Source: Ruminococcus sp. (GTDB lineage Bacteria; Bacillota; Clostridia; Oscillospirales; Acutalibacteraceae). From it: a DNA stretch of 64,000 bases. Each line of letters begins with the position of its first letter. Position 1 is the first letter of the stretch. The notes below the pieces were generated by a model. That model was given only the letters and a program-made list of their open reading frames with translations, had not been told where the DNA came from and searched no databases. Location: assembly GCF_017403985.1 (NCBI RefSeq), contig NZ_JAFRDE010000019.1; one strand, 5' to 3'. A program made the position numbers and the translations under genes. Of this stretch, positions 28,491-38,219 are shown one piece after another.

Positions 28491-28667
28491 ATGTCAGAAG
28501 TAAGACTCAAGGAAAACGAATCCTTAGAGAGCGCTCTTCGCCGCTTCAAGAAGCAGTGCGCGCGCGCCGGCGTCATCGCCGAGGTTCGTAAGAGAGAGGC
28601 TTACGAGAAGCCTTCTGTAAAGCGTAAAAAGAAGTCCGAGGCTGCTCGCAAGCGCAAGTACAGATAA
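28491..28667 (+). CDS. rpsU: 30S ribosomal protein S21 (absent from the supplied ORF track, 58 aa)
   Basis: Hand translation [58 protein letters not shown]. Confidence 0.96.
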   Translation: MSEVRLKENESLESALRRFKKQCARAGVIAEVRKREAYEKPSVKRKKKSEAARKRKYR

Positions 28668-28677
28668 TCAACAAACG

Positions 28678-28706
28678 AACGGACAGGTTACCCCTGTCCG
28701 TTTTTT
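28678..28706 (+). terminator. Intrinsic terminator after rpsU
   Basis: AACGGACAGG-TTACC-CCTGTCCGTT-TTTT. Confidence 0.8.
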
Positions 28707-28729
28707 GTACATTGCATCCTTTCCGCTCG

Positions 28730-28830
28730 CTGTCATTGCGAGGACGCGCGCGTCTTTTTCCGCGGCAATCCCGCAAAGATTCGCTGTCATTGCGAGCCCT
28801 CATGGGCGTGGCAATCCCACAAACAGAGAC
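28730..28830 (+). repeat. Two tandem family B half-elements
   Basis: CTGTCATTGCGAGG..CGCGGCAATCCC at 28730 and CTGTCATTGCGAGCC..GTGGCAATCCCACAAA at 28784. Confidence 0.8.
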
Positions 28831-28966
28831 TGCTGCATTAAAAAAGTCATTTTGAACGCAAGTGTAGAATCTTAATGTGCAGACTATGGAATTGTATCAT
28901 TGACCGAGCAAAGCGAGATACCACCACCCTTCACTCTTCACCATTCACCATAATTGAGGTGTTATT

Positions 28967-29539
28967 ATGAAACTGTTCAAAACTCCGATCATTTTACTGT
29001 TCTGCGCCGTTATCGCTGTGTCCGTCTGCCTGACCGGCTGCGATGAAAAGGTGCCCAACTTCCCCGTAGGGCTGTCCGACACCACCCGCAGCGCCATCGA
29101 GCTGAATACCAACGTCCGCAAGGACAGCGATCTGGAAAAGATCTATCAGGAAATGCGCGACGGCATGAACGTCAAACAGCTCAACGACGCGTACGAGATC
29201 AAGTGCCTGAGAAAGGCGGACGACGGCTACTGCGTGATCTATACCGGCAACACCCGCGCGCTGGTACTGCGTTTCGATAACGAAGCCAACTGGATCGAAG
29301 CCGACCGCCTGCGCTCGCTGTACCGTATCGCGCCGACGCGCGGCAAGTTCGACGTGCTCAAAGCCGGCGACAACGTATCCAAGGTCCAGACTGCCGACCC
29401 CACCTGCTACTTCCCGTTCCTCGCCGATAAGGACAGCGAAGATCTCGAGACCAATCACTACACGGAGGACGGCTACCATACCTGCATCAAGTATGATCAG
29501 AATTTCAACATCATTTCCGTTGAATCGGAGCTGATGTAA
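28967..29539 (+). CDS. Hypothetical lipoprotein
   Basis: Signal peptide ending in lipobox-like LTGC; GAGGTG RBS; no family recognised with confidence. Confidence 0.75.
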   Translation: MKLFKTPIILLFCAVIAVSVCLTGCDEKVPNFPVGLSDTTRSAIELNTNVRKDSDLEKIYQEMRDGMNVKQLNDAYEIKCLRKADDGYCVIYTGNTRALVLRFDNEANWIEADRLRSLYRIAPTRGKFDVLKAGDNVSKVQTADPTCYFPFLADKDSEDLETNHYTEDGYHTCIKYDQNFNIISVESELM

Positions 29540-29551
29540 GGCGGTGCCGAT

Positions 29552-30616
29552 ATGCCGGATCTGTATCAACTGCGCGATTTTTTACCCGACGACCGTACCG
29601 CCGCTTTGGTGACGAGCGAGACGAACCGCCGTTATCTCTGCGGGTTTCCGGCTTCCGCCGGCGCTGTCGCGGTGACGAAGAACCGCTTTATCCTCGCGGT
29701 CGATTTCCGCTATTTCGAGGCGGCGCAGAAGACGGTACAGCCGCCGTTTGAGGTCGTCCGCTGTACGCGGCTGATCGACGACCTGAACCGTATATTTCTT
29801 CAAGAGAATATTCAATCCGTCTATATCGAGGACGAGAGCGTGACCGTCGCGTACTGTAACGAGCTGCAGGAGGCGCTGATCCCGCAGGTGCTGACCGAGG
29901 GATTATCCGCGAAGCTCAACGAGATGCGGCTGATCAAATCGCCCGAAGAGGTCGAAAAGATCACCGCCGCCCAGCGGATCACTGAGCGCGCCTATACCGA
30001 GGTGCTCAATATCCTGAAGCCCGGCGTCACCGAGCGTAAGATCGCCGTCGAGTTAGAGCACCTGATCAAGGTGTACGGCGGCGAGCGCGTCGCCTTCGAT
30101 CTCATCTGCATCACGGGGGAGAACACCTCCCTGCCGCACGGCGTGCCGGGGGACAGGGTCGTCAAAGAGGGCGACTTCTTCACCTTCGATATCGGCGCCG
30201 TGTTCGACGGCTACCACAGTGATATGACCCGCACCGTCGCCGTCGGGAGCGCTACGGACGAGATGCACATGATCTATGATACCGTCCTGCAGGCGCACCT
30301 GAAAGCCGCCCGCGCCATCATCGCGGGCAATACCGCCGCTCAGGTGGATATCGCCGCGCGCGACCATATCGACAGCTGCGGCTACGGCGAGTATTTCGGC
30401 CACAGTACCGGTCACGGCGTGGGTCTTAGTATCCACGAAGCGCCGACCGTGTATAAGACGAACCACACCGTCCTGCGCGACAATATGGTGATCACCGACG
30501 AGCCCGGCATATACCTGCCCGGCAAATTCGGCGTCAGGATCGAGGACATGTTCCTCGTCAAGGGAGATAATCCGGTCGACCTCGCCGAAATCCCGAAGGA
30601 TTTCATGATAATTTGA
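29552..30616 (+). CDS. Xaa-Pro aminopeptidase (M24B)
   Basis: SLPHG, GYHSDMTRT, GHSTGHGVGLSIHEAP, EPGIYLPGKFGVRIED. Confidence 0.93.
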   Translation: MPDLYQLRDFLPDDRTAALVTSETNRRYLCGFPASAGAVAVTKNRFILAVDFRYFEAAQKTVQPPFEVVRCTRLIDDLNRIFLQENIQSVYIEDESVTVAYCNELQEALIPQVLTEGLSAKLNEMRLIKSPEEVEKITAAQRITERAYTEVLNILKPGVTERKIAVELEHLIKVYGGERVAFDLICITGENTSLPHGVPGDRVVKEGDFFTFDIGAVFDGYHSDMTRTVAVGSATDEMHMIYDTVLQAHLKAARAIIAGNTAAQVDIAARDHIDSCGYGEYFGHSTGHGVGLSIHEAPTVYKTNHTVLRDNMVITDEPGIYLPGKFGVRIEDMFLVKGDNPVDLAEIPKDFMII

Positions 30617-30646
30617 TCACACGATCGGTATATTTCTTTGAAAGTA

Positions 30647-30675
30647 TTGATTTTTCCCGATTATACCTGTATAAT
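30647..30675 (+). promoter_or_regulatory. sigmaA promoter of efp
   Basis: TTGATT-17 nt-TATAAT. Confidence 0.65.
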
Positions 30676-30740
30676 AACTCTGTTAAAGTCCGTTTTCTGT
30701 TATTCGGACTCATCAATTTTGACATTAGGAGGAAATGATT

Positions 30741-31298
30741 ATGATTTCTGCCGGCGATTTCAGAAACGGCGTAACCTTTGAAATGGATGGACAGGTTGTT
30801 TCCATCATCGAATTCCAGCATGTAAAGCCCGGTAAGGGCGCCGCTTTCGTCAGAACGAAGATCCGCAACGTCATCACCGGAGCCGTGGTTGAAAAGACCT
30901 TCAACCCCAACGATAAGTACCCCACCGCTTTCATTGACAGAAAGGATATGGAGTACAGCTATAGTGACGGCGACCTGTACTACTTTATGGATACCGAGAC
31001 TTGGGAGCAGATCCCGATCAACGCTTCTATCCTCGGCGACAACTTCAAGTTTGTCAAAGAGAACATGGTCTGCAAGGTGCTGTCCTACAAGGGCAACGTT
31101 TTCGGCGTAGAGCCGCCCAACTTTGTTGAGCTGCAGGTCACCCAGACCGATCCCGGCTTTGCCGGCAACACCGCGACCAACGCGACCAAGCCTGCTACCC
31201 TCGAGACCGGCGCCGAGATCAAGGTCCCGCTCTTCATCGAGGAAGGCGAAGTCATCCAGATCGACACCCGCACCGGCGAGTATCTGGGCAGAGCGTAA
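30741..31298 (+). CDS. efp: Elongation factor P
   Basis: [34 protein letters not shown]. Confidence 0.97.
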   Translation: MISAGDFRNGVTFEMDGQVVSIIEFQHVKPGKGAAFVRTKIRNVITGAVVEKTFNPNDKYPTAFIDRKDMEYSYSDGDLYYFMDTETWEQIPINASILGDNFKFVKENMVCKVLSYKGNVFGVEPPNFVELQVTQTDPGFAGNTATNATKPATLETGAEIKVPLFIEEGEVIQIDTRTGEYLGRA

Positions 31299-31310
31299 GG
31301 CATATCAACA

Positions 31311-31431
31311 GTCATTGCGAGCCCTTTTGGGCGTGGCAATCCCACAAAGAGGGAATGTACGTTTCTTTTATTCCAAACGGTATTTGCGACAAGGGGATTC
31401 CCACGGTCGCTTATGCTTCCTCGGAATGACA
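31311..31431 (+). repeat. Family B element
   Basis: GTCATTGCGAGCCCTTTTGGGCGTGGCAATCCCACAAAGAGGGAATGTAC...AAACGGTATTTGCGACAAGGGG...CTCGGAATGACA. Confidence 0.9.
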
Positions 31432-31451
31432 TTCTATAAAAGGAGAACACT

Positions 31452-31934
31452 ATGAATCTGACTGAAAGAATTGCGTATATCCGCGGTCTTGCCGAAGGAC
31501 TCAAGCTCGACGATAACAAGGACGAGGTCAAGGTCATCAACGCGATCATCGACCTTTTGGAGGACATGGCGTATGATGTTGTCGATATGGAAAGCATCGT
31601 GGACGACGTCTGCAACCAGGTCGACGAGATCGACGGCGACCTTGCCGAGGTAGAGGAAGAGGTATACGGCTGGGAAGAGGACGACTTTTACGACGATTAC
31701 GACAACGACTTCGACGATGAAGACGACTTCGATCCCTTCGACGACGACGAGCCCTATTATGAGGTCACCTGTCCCGCGTGCAACGAGACCACCATCGTTG
31801 ACGAGGATGCGCTGATCGAGGGCGAGCTCGACTGCCCCTACTGCGGCGCGGAGATCGAGTTCGATTTCTCCGAGCTGAAAGAAGATCTTGATGAGCTCGA
31901 TTCGCTCGACGAGGAAGACGGCGAAAAGAAATAA
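31452..31934 (+). CDS. CD1247-like protein (acidic linker, C-terminal zinc ribbon)
   Basis: ERIAYIRGLAEGL N-terminus, CPAC..CPYC; position downstream of efp as seen in clostridia. Confidence 0.8.
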   Translation: MNLTERIAYIRGLAEGLKLDDNKDEVKVINAIIDLLEDMAYDVVDMESIVDDVCNQVDEIDGDLAEVEEEVYGWEEDDFYDDYDNDFDDEDDFDPFDDDEPYYEVTCPACNETTIVDEDALIEGELDCPYCGAEIEFDFSELKEDLDELDSLDEEDGEKK

Positions 31935-31950
31935 TAATTTGAATGACGCA

Positions 31951-31982
31951 AAGCGGTACAGTTTCGGCTGTGCCGCTTTTTT
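31951..31982 (+). terminator. Intrinsic terminator
   Basis: AAGCGGTACAG-TTTCGG-CTGTGCCGCTT-TTTT. Confidence 0.78.
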
Positions 31983-32222
31983 AGTTAGGAATGAGGAGTT
32001 AGGAGTTTGGAATGTGCTGATTCAATGTCATTGCGAGCCCTTTAGGGCGTGGCAATCCCACAAAAAGGGACTGTACTATGTTTCCATATCAAACAGTATT
32101 ATCGACAGGGGGATTGCCACAGTCGCTTATGCTCCCTCGCAATGACAGTGTTAATGTAACGCCTTATTAAACGGGTGAGGGCGGAGCCCTCCATTCATTC
32201 CTAACTCCTAACTCCTCACTAT
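31983..32222. repeat. Nested composite: heptamer tract / family B (32026-32147) / family D (32172-32192) / complementary heptamer tract
   Basis: AGGAATGAGGAGTTAGGAGTT on the left; ATTCCTAACTCCTAACTCCTCACT on the right. Confidence 0.85.
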
Positions 32223-32264
32223 TATTCCTCTTCCGCATACCATAGGGAAGAGGTGATTGATGTG

Positions 32265-32906
32265 ATGTGCCGCAAAAAGCCCGGTCCCGTCCGGCGGAAA
32301 GTCCGCAAATACATAGCAATACTCTTGTCGCTCCTGATCCTGTTTACCGTATACTTTGAGATCGCGGTCAAGCATCAGCTGCGCGATATCATCATCCGCG
32401 ATATGCAGACGCTGTCCGAGCAGGCGGTCACCATGGCGGTGGACGATCTGCTCGCGGAATACAGCGGCAGAGAGGTGAAAACCTGCGATATCACCTACGA
32501 TAACGGTTCCGTCGCCGCGATCACGACCGACGCCTCCTATATCAACTCCGTCAAGACCTTTATCACCACCCGTGCGCAGGAGCGTATCGACGCGCTGTCG
32601 CGACAGCAGGGCGTATCTATCCGTTTGGGCAACTTTTCGGGACTGGTGTTCCTGTCGGATATCGGCCCCGACATCCCGTTCTCCGTCGACAGCTCCCAGA
32701 CCGTTTCCTGCGAGTTCCGCAGCAGCTTTGAATCGGCAGGCGTCAACCAGACCGTCCACCATATCACGATCACCGTGTATGTCGATCTGCTGATCTACAG
32801 CCCCTTCCGCGTCGATGAGACCGTCGGCACGGAGTCGACCTTTGAGATCGCCCAGACCGTCATCGTCGGCACGGTACCCTCCTACAGCGGCGTAGTGAGC
32901 TACTGA
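32265..32906 (+). CDS. yunB: Sporulation protein YunB-like
   Basis: N-terminal TM, IRLGNFSG..GPDIPF, FESAGVNQTVH, IVGTVP; start uncertain (32253-32265). Confidence 0.8.
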   Translation: MCRKKPGPVRRKVRKYIAILLSLLILFTVYFEIAVKHQLRDIIIRDMQTLSEQAVTMAVDDLLAEYSGREVKTCDITYDNGSVAAITTDASYINSVKTFITTRAQERIDALSRQQGVSIRLGNFSGLVFLSDIGPDIPFSVDSSQTVSCEFRSSFESAGVNQTVHHITITVYVDLLIYSPFRVDETVGTESTFEIAQTVIVGTVPSYSGVVSY

Positions 32907-32970
32907 AACCGGCATGTTGTAAACAAACGGTAAATTATCCGCATAATCCCTATATTTTGCGTGAAAACGC

Positions 32971-32999
32971 TTGAAACGGCGGATATCTTGTGTTATAAT
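32971..32999 (+). promoter_or_regulatory. sigmaA promoter of miaB operon
   Basis: TTGAAA-17 nt-TATAAT with extended TG. Confidence 0.75.
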
Positions 33000-33050
33000 A
33001 CTACGGATAATAGGCTTATAATGTGCAAATATGCGCGTTTGTCTTTTATA

Positions 33051-33177
33051 TGTCATTCCGAGGAGGGCTGCGCCCGACGTGGGAATCCCACAAAAAGTGA
33101 CTGCTTGTTTTTGTTAATATGAACGGTATTGTCGACAGGTGGATTGCCGCGGCTCCTTAAAGAGCCTCGCAATGACA
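33051..33177 (+). repeat. Family B element within the miaB 5' leader
   Basis: TGTCATTCCGAGG..GTGGGAATCCCACAAAAAGTGACTG...AACGGTATTGTCGACAGGTGGATTGCC..CTCGCAATGACA. Confidence 0.88.
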
Positions 33178-33200
33178 GAATATGATGGGAGGTATACAGC

Positions 33201-34604
33201 TTGCGTGAGACCGTCAAGATATCCGACGCACAAATTGAATATCTGAACCTGATCGCCGAGCTGATGACCATCCGCAAGCGCGGCGAGGTATCCCTCGCAT
33301 ATGTCCGCACCTACGGCTGTCAGCAGAACGTCGCCGACAGCGAGCGCATCAAGGGCATGCTCAAACAGGCGGGCTATGACTTTACCGAAACGCCCGAGGA
33401 CGCCGACTTCATCCTCTTCAACACCTGCGCCGTGCGCGAGCATGCCGAGGACAGGGTATTCGGCAACGTCGGCGCGCTGAAAAACCTCAAGCGCCGCCAT
33501 CCGCAGATCCTGATCGCCTTATGCGGCTGTATGATGGAGCAGGAGCACGTCGCGAAACGCATCCGCGACAGCTTCCCGTTCGTCGGACTGGTGTTCGGCA
33601 CCCACTGTATGCACGAGTTCCCCGAGCTGCTGTACAAAAGCCTCGTGGACGGCTCCCGCGTCTTTGTCCGCGACAACGACGACAGCAAGGTCTATGAGGG
33701 CATCCCGATCAGCCGTGACGGCAAATTTAAAGGCTGGCTGCCGATCATGTACGGCTGCGACAATTTCTGCACCTACTGCATCGTGCCGTATGTGCGCGGC
33801 AGAGAGCGCAGCCGACAGCCCGAGATCATCATCGCGGAAGCGAAGGGTATGATCGCGCAGGGCTATAAAGATATCACCCTGCTGGGTCAGAACGTCAACT
33901 CCTACGGCAAGGGGCTCGATCCCCGCCCGACCTTTGCAAGTCTGATCGGCGAGATCGACAAGATACAGGGCGACTACTGGCTCCGCTTTATGACCTCGCA
34001 CCCGAAGGACTGCACCCGCGAGCTGATCGATACCATCGCCGACAGCGAGCATATCTCCCTGCACCTGCACCTGCCGTTCCAGTCCGGTTCTGACAGGGTG
34101 CTCAAGGCGATGAACCGCCACTACGACCGCGCAAAGTACCTCGACATCGTCAACTACGCCAAAGAGCGCATCCCGGATGTATCGCTGACCTCCGACGTGA
34201 TCGTCGGCTTCCCCGGCGAGACCTATGAGGATTTTCAACAGACGCTGTCCCTGATCCGCGAGGTGGGCTTTACCTCGCTGTTCACCTTCATCTACTCGCC
34301 CCGCAACGGCACGCCCGCCGCTGAGATGGACGACCCCGTTTCCGACGAGGAAAAGGGAAGATGGTTCCGTGAGCTGCTCGCTGTGCAGGAGGAGATCGCT
34401 GCCGAGCGCTGCGCCTCCATGGTCGGCAGGGTGGAAAAGGTGCTGGTCGAAGAAAAGGCGAAGAAGGAAGGCAGACTCTGCGGCCGCACCTCGGGCAACA
34501 TCATCGTCGAGTTTGACGGAGACGACAGCCTGATCGGCGATTTCCACAATGTAAAGATTACCACCGCCCGCAACTGGATATTGACGGGCGAGCTGGTGGA
34601 ATAA
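33201..34604 (+). CDS. miaB: tRNA-2-methylthio-N6-dimethylallyladenosine synthase
   Basis: TYGCQQN, NTCAVRE, GCDNFCTYC, C-terminal TRAM; TTG start after GGGAGG. Confidence 0.95.
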   Translation: MRETVKISDAQIEYLNLIAELMTIRKRGEVSLAYVRTYGCQQNVADSERIKGMLKQAGYDFTETPEDADFILFNTCAVREHAEDRVFGNVGALKNLKRRHPQILIALCGCMMEQEHVAKRIRDSFPFVGLVFGTHCMHEFPELLYKSLVDGSRVFVRDNDDSKVYEGIPISRDGKFKGWLPIMYGCDNFCTYCIVPYVRGRERSRQPEIIIAEAKGMIAQGYKDITLLGQNVNSYGKGLDPRPTFASLIGEIDKIQGDYWLRFMTSHPKDCTRELIDTIADSEHISLHLHLPFQSGSDRVLKAMNRHYDRAKYLDIVNYAKERIPDVSLTSDVIVGFPGETYEDFQQTLSLIREVGFTSLFTFIYSPRNGTPAAEMDDPVSDEEKGRWFRELLAVQEEIAAERCASMVGRVEKVLVEEKAKKEGRLCGRTSGNIIVEFDGDDSLIGDFHNVKITTARNWILTGELVE

Positions 34605-34608
34605 AAGA

Positions 34609-34791
34609 GTAGGGGATGGCGCCCACGACGTACCGAAACTCCGGTTGAGATACACTTGAAATGCGAAGCAAATCCAACGTTGACGTAGGGACGACCAATG
34701 GTCGTCCGAGCATGACGGGCGTTGATAACAGCAGAAACCTTAGTTAGGAGTGAAACGCTTCTACCAACGGACGAGCAATGCTCGTCCCTAC
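34609..34791 (+). repeat. GTAG single copy (34609) plus inverted doublet (34685-34791)
   Basis: GTAGGGGATGGCGCCCACGACGTACCG; GTAGGGACGACCAATGGTCGTCC...GGACGAGCAATGCTCGTCCCTAC. Confidence 0.88.
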
Positions 34792-34825
34792 AAAGATGTA
34801 TAATAATACTAAAGGAGAAATATAA

Positions 34826-35233
34826 ATGGCAGACGTAATTGCAATCGCAAGACAGCTTGGACACGCGATCCAAGAACAGGAAGAATACAAAAACCTCATG
34901 GCGGCGAAGACCGCCGCCGACTCGGATAACGACTTACAGGCGCTGATCACCGAGTTCAACATCAAGCGCGTCGCGATCAACGCTGAGGCGTGCAAGACCG
35001 ACCGCGACGACGAGACCTTAAAGAAGCTCAACGAGGAGATGCGCTCAGCCTACTCCGACATCATGAACAATGAGCATATGAAGGCGTACAACGACAGTAA
35101 ACAGGCGTTCGACAAAGTGCTCCAGCGCGTGCTGGCGATCGTACAGCAGAGCGCCGACGGCGAGGATCCCGACACGACCGATTTTTCCGAGGACTGCACC
35201 CACGACTGCTCTACCTGCGGCGGATGCGGCTGA
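34826..35233 (+). CDS. YlbF/YmcA (RicA/RicF-like) regulator with Cys-rich tail
   Basis: Helical protein ending CTHDCSTCGGCG; lies between miaB and mutS. Confidence 0.82.
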   Translation: MADVIAIARQLGHAIQEQEEYKNLMAAKTAADSDNDLQALITEFNIKRVAINAEACKTDRDDETLKKLNEEMRSAYSDIMNNEHMKAYNDSKQAFDKVLQRVLAIVQQSADGEDPDTTDFSEDCTHDCSTCGGCG

Positions 35234-35254
35234 GGCGCGTAACTGCGTTACGCT

Positions 35255-35392
35255 AACTTAAGACTGAATACTTAAGAATGAATAATGAATAATGGCGGTT
35301 GCTCGCTTCGCTCGTACAATTATTATTCGGGTGCGGGTGCCCCGCCCTTCATTTTTCAGTTTTAGTCTTCAATTTTCAGTATTCATTATTCG
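35255..35392. repeat. Heptamer-like tracts flanking linker motif and family D hairpin (35328-35347)
   Basis: GAATAAT repeats, CTCGCTTCGCTCGTACAATT, CGGGTGCGGGTGCCCCGCCC, TTTTCAG-like tracts; same layout as 38060-38197. Confidence 0.7.
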
Positions 35393-35419
35393 AGCTGATA
35401 CGAAGGGAAGTGAGAAACT

Positions 35420-38023
35420 ATGGCGGAGTTATCTCCGATGATGCAGCAATATTTCGAGATCAAGGAGAAGAACAAGGATTGTATCGTGTTCTTCCGCCTC
35501 GGCGACTTCTACGAGATGTTCTTTGACGACGCCAAGCTCGCCTCCAAAGAGCTTGAGCTCACCCTCACCGGCCGCGACTGCGGTCAGGAGGAGCGCGCGC
35601 CGATGTGCGGCGTGCCGTTCCATTCTGCCGAGTCCTACATCGCGCGGCTGGTGCAGAAAGGCTACAAGGTCGCGATCTGTGAACAGACCGAAGACCCCAA
35701 AGCCGCAAAAGGCATCGTCAAGCGCGATATCATCCGCGTCATCACCCCCGGCACGGTCATGGAAAGCTCCATGCTCGACGAGAGCGAGAACAACTATATC
35801 TGCTCCATGTACGCGGACAAAAACTACGTCGGCATCGTTTTCTGCGATATCTCCACGGGTCAACTCTTCGTGTCCCATTTCAAGAGCGACCACAGCTTTT
35901 CTCAGCTCAAGGATCAGCTCACCTCCTACAGCCCCAAAGAGCTCCTCATCGCGGGCAAGCTCGCGAAGAACAAGGTGCTGCACCTGTTTATCAAGGAGAA
36001 GCTCTCTAACGCCTCCGTAACCCACCCCGACGACAGCCGCTGCGGGCTTCTGGACTGCACCGCCGTTGTCGAAAACCATTTCAGCAAAGAAAACACCGAT
36101 AAGATATCCGGCATGAACGAGGTCGTTATCGCCCTCGGCGTGCTGATGTCCTACCTGAAAGATACACAGATGACCGGTCTCGAGCGCATCGATACCATCG
36201 AGTTTTACGCCGAGGACCAGTACATGAAGCTCGACTTCAACACCCGCCGCAATCTGGAGCTCACCCGCACCATGATCGCGAAGGAGAAGAAGCATTCGCT
36301 CCTCTGGGTGCTGGACAAGACCAAAACCGCTATGGGCAAGCGCCTGATGAAGTTCTGGGTCGAGCATCCGCTGATGAATATCACCGCGATCTTAAAGCGT
36401 CAGAACGCGGTCGAGGAGCTGGTCAACGATACCGTCAACCGCCTCGAGCTCACCGCGAACCTGTCCGGTATCTTCGATATCGAGCGCCTGATGACAAAGA
36501 TCGTCTACGGCTCTGCCAACGCGCGCGAGCTGCGGTCCCTCTGTCAGGCGATGACCAATCTTCCGACGCTCAAAGCGACCATCGAGCCGTGTAAGAGCAA
36601 GCTCCTGCACGAGCTGTTTGTCGCGATCGACCCGCTCGACGATATGCGCGCGCTGATCGACGAGGCGATCGTGGAGGACCCGCCGTTTTCGGTAAGAGAA
36701 GGCGGGCTGATCAAGGAAGGCTATTCCGCGCCTTTGGATGAATTAAAGCGCGATATGACCGACTCCACCTCTCTGCTCGCGCGGATCGAAGCCGAGCAGA
36801 AGGAGCTGACCGGCATCCCGAAGCTGAAGGTCGGCTACAACCGTGTCTTCGGCTATTATATCGAGGTCACCAAGTCCTATCTGCATCTGGTGCCGGAGAA
36901 TTACTCCCGCCGTCAGACGCTGACAAACTGCGAACGCTTCATCACCCCCGAGCTCAAGGAACTCGAGAGCCGCATCTTAGGCGCGAAAGAGCGCTCCGTC
37001 GCCATCGAATACGAGCTGTTCAACTCCGTGCGTGAGCAGGTCGCGCTGAACCTCGACCGTATCGAGCGCACCGCGAAGGCGATCGCGACGCTGGACGTAC
37101 TGGTGTCTCTGGCGAATGTCGCCGCGGACAACCGCTATACCCGCCCCGAGGTCACACAGAATTCCATCATCCGTCTCAAGGACAGCCGCCACCCGGTGGT
37201 GGAAACGCTCCTGTCCGACGCGATGTTTGTCCCCAACGACGTACTGCTCGACAATATCGACAACCGCATCGCGATCATCACCGGTCCGAACATGGCGGGT
37301 AAATCCACGTATATGCGGCAGGTCGCCCTGATCGTCCTGATGGCGCAGATGGGCAGCTTCGTCCCCGCGTCCTACGCAGAGGTCGGCATGGCTGACGCGA
37401 TCTTTACCCGCGTCGGCGCGTCCGACGACCTCGCCTCGGGTCAGTCGACCTTTATGGTAGAGATGAACGAGGTCGCGAATATCGTACAGAACGCGACGTC
37501 AAAGAGCCTGTTGATCCTCGACGAGATCGGCAGAGGCACCTCGACCTACGATGGCATGAGTATCGCCCGCGCGGTGCTCGAATATGTCGCGGATAAAAAG
37601 AAATTAGGCGCCCGGGCGCTCTTTGCGACCCATTACCATGAACTGACGGTGATGGAAGAGCTGCTCGACGGCGTGAAGAACTACAACATCGCCGTGAAAA
37701 AGCGCGGCGACGAGATCACCTTCCTGCGCCGTATCGTACCCGGCGGAGCGGATGAAAGCTACGGCGTAGAGGTCGCGAAGTTAGCGGGCCTGCCCGACAG
37801 CATCATCGAAAGAGCCAAAGAGATTCTTCTGGAGCTGAACAACGCTGCTCCGAAAGAACATCAGACCGCCCCCGCTCCCGCGCCGGAGGAAAGTATGCAA
37901 TTAAGCCTCATGCCCGATTCATCCGGCATGATCGAAAAGAAGCTGCGCGCGGTAGACGTCAACACCCTGACGCCGATCGAAGCGATGAATATACTGTACG
38001 AGCTGAAAGGCATGATAGATTAG
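35420..38023 (+). CDS. mutS: DNA mismatch repair protein MutS
   Basis: FFRLGDFYEMF, PMCGVPFH, TGPNMAGKSTYMRQ, GQSTFMVEM, DEIGRGTST. Confidence 0.97.
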   Translation: MAELSPMMQQYFEIKEKNKDCIVFFRLGDFYEMFFDDAKLASKELELTLTGRDCGQEERAPMCGVPFHSAESYIARLVQKGYKVAICEQTEDPKAAKGIVKRDIIRVITPGTVMESSMLDESENNYICSMYADKNYVGIVFCDISTGQLFVSHFKSDHSFSQLKDQLTSYSPKELLIAGKLAKNKVLHLFIKEKLSNASVTHPDDSRCGLLDCTAVVENHFSKENTDKISGMNEVVIALGVLMSYLKDTQMTGLERIDTIEFYAEDQYMKLDFNTRRNLELTRTMIAKEKKHSLLWVLDKTKTAMGKRLMKFWVEHPLMNITAILKRQNAVEELVNDTVNRLELTANLSGIFDIERLMTKIVYGSANARELRSLCQAMTNLPTLKATIEPCKSKLLHELFVAIDPLDDMRALIDEAIVEDPPFSVREGGLIKEGYSAPLDELKRDMTDSTSLLARIEAEQKELTGIPKLKVGYNRVFGYYIEVTKSYLHLVPENYSRRQTLTNCERFITPELKELESRILGAKERSVAIEYELFNSVREQVALNLDRIERTAKAIATLDVLVSLANVAADNRYTRPEVTQNSIIRLKDSRHPVVETLLSDAMFVPNDVLLDNIDNRIAIITGPNMAGKSTYMRQVALIVLMAQMGSFVPASYAEVGMADAIFTRVGASDDLASGQSTFMVEMNEVANIVQNATSKSLLILDEIGRGTSTYDGMSIARAVLEYVADKKKLGARALFATHYHELTVMEELLDGVKNYNIAVKKRGDEITFLRRIVPGGADESYGVEVAKLAGLPDSIIERAKEILLELNNAAPKEHQTAPAPAPEESMQLSLMPDSSGMIEKKLRAVDVNTLTPIEAMNILYELKGMID

Positions 38024-38059
38024 AAAAGACTTCCCCTTGATGGGGAATGGTTGTTAAAG

Positions 38060-38197
38060 ACTTAAAACTGAAGACTGAAAAATGAATAACGAATAATGAA
38101 GGTTTCTCGCCTTGCTCGGTCAATTATTTCATTCGGGTGAGGGCGGAGCCCTCCCATCATTATTCTTTCTTAAGTTTTCAATTTTCAGTATTCATTA
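38060..38197. repeat. Heptamer-like tracts flanking linker motif and family D hairpin (38134-38155)
   Basis: CTCGCCTTGCTCGGTCAATT, CGGGTGAGGGCGGAGCCCTCCC. Confidence 0.7.
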
Positions 38198-38219
38198 ACC
38201 GACGAAAGGAGGTCTTTAT

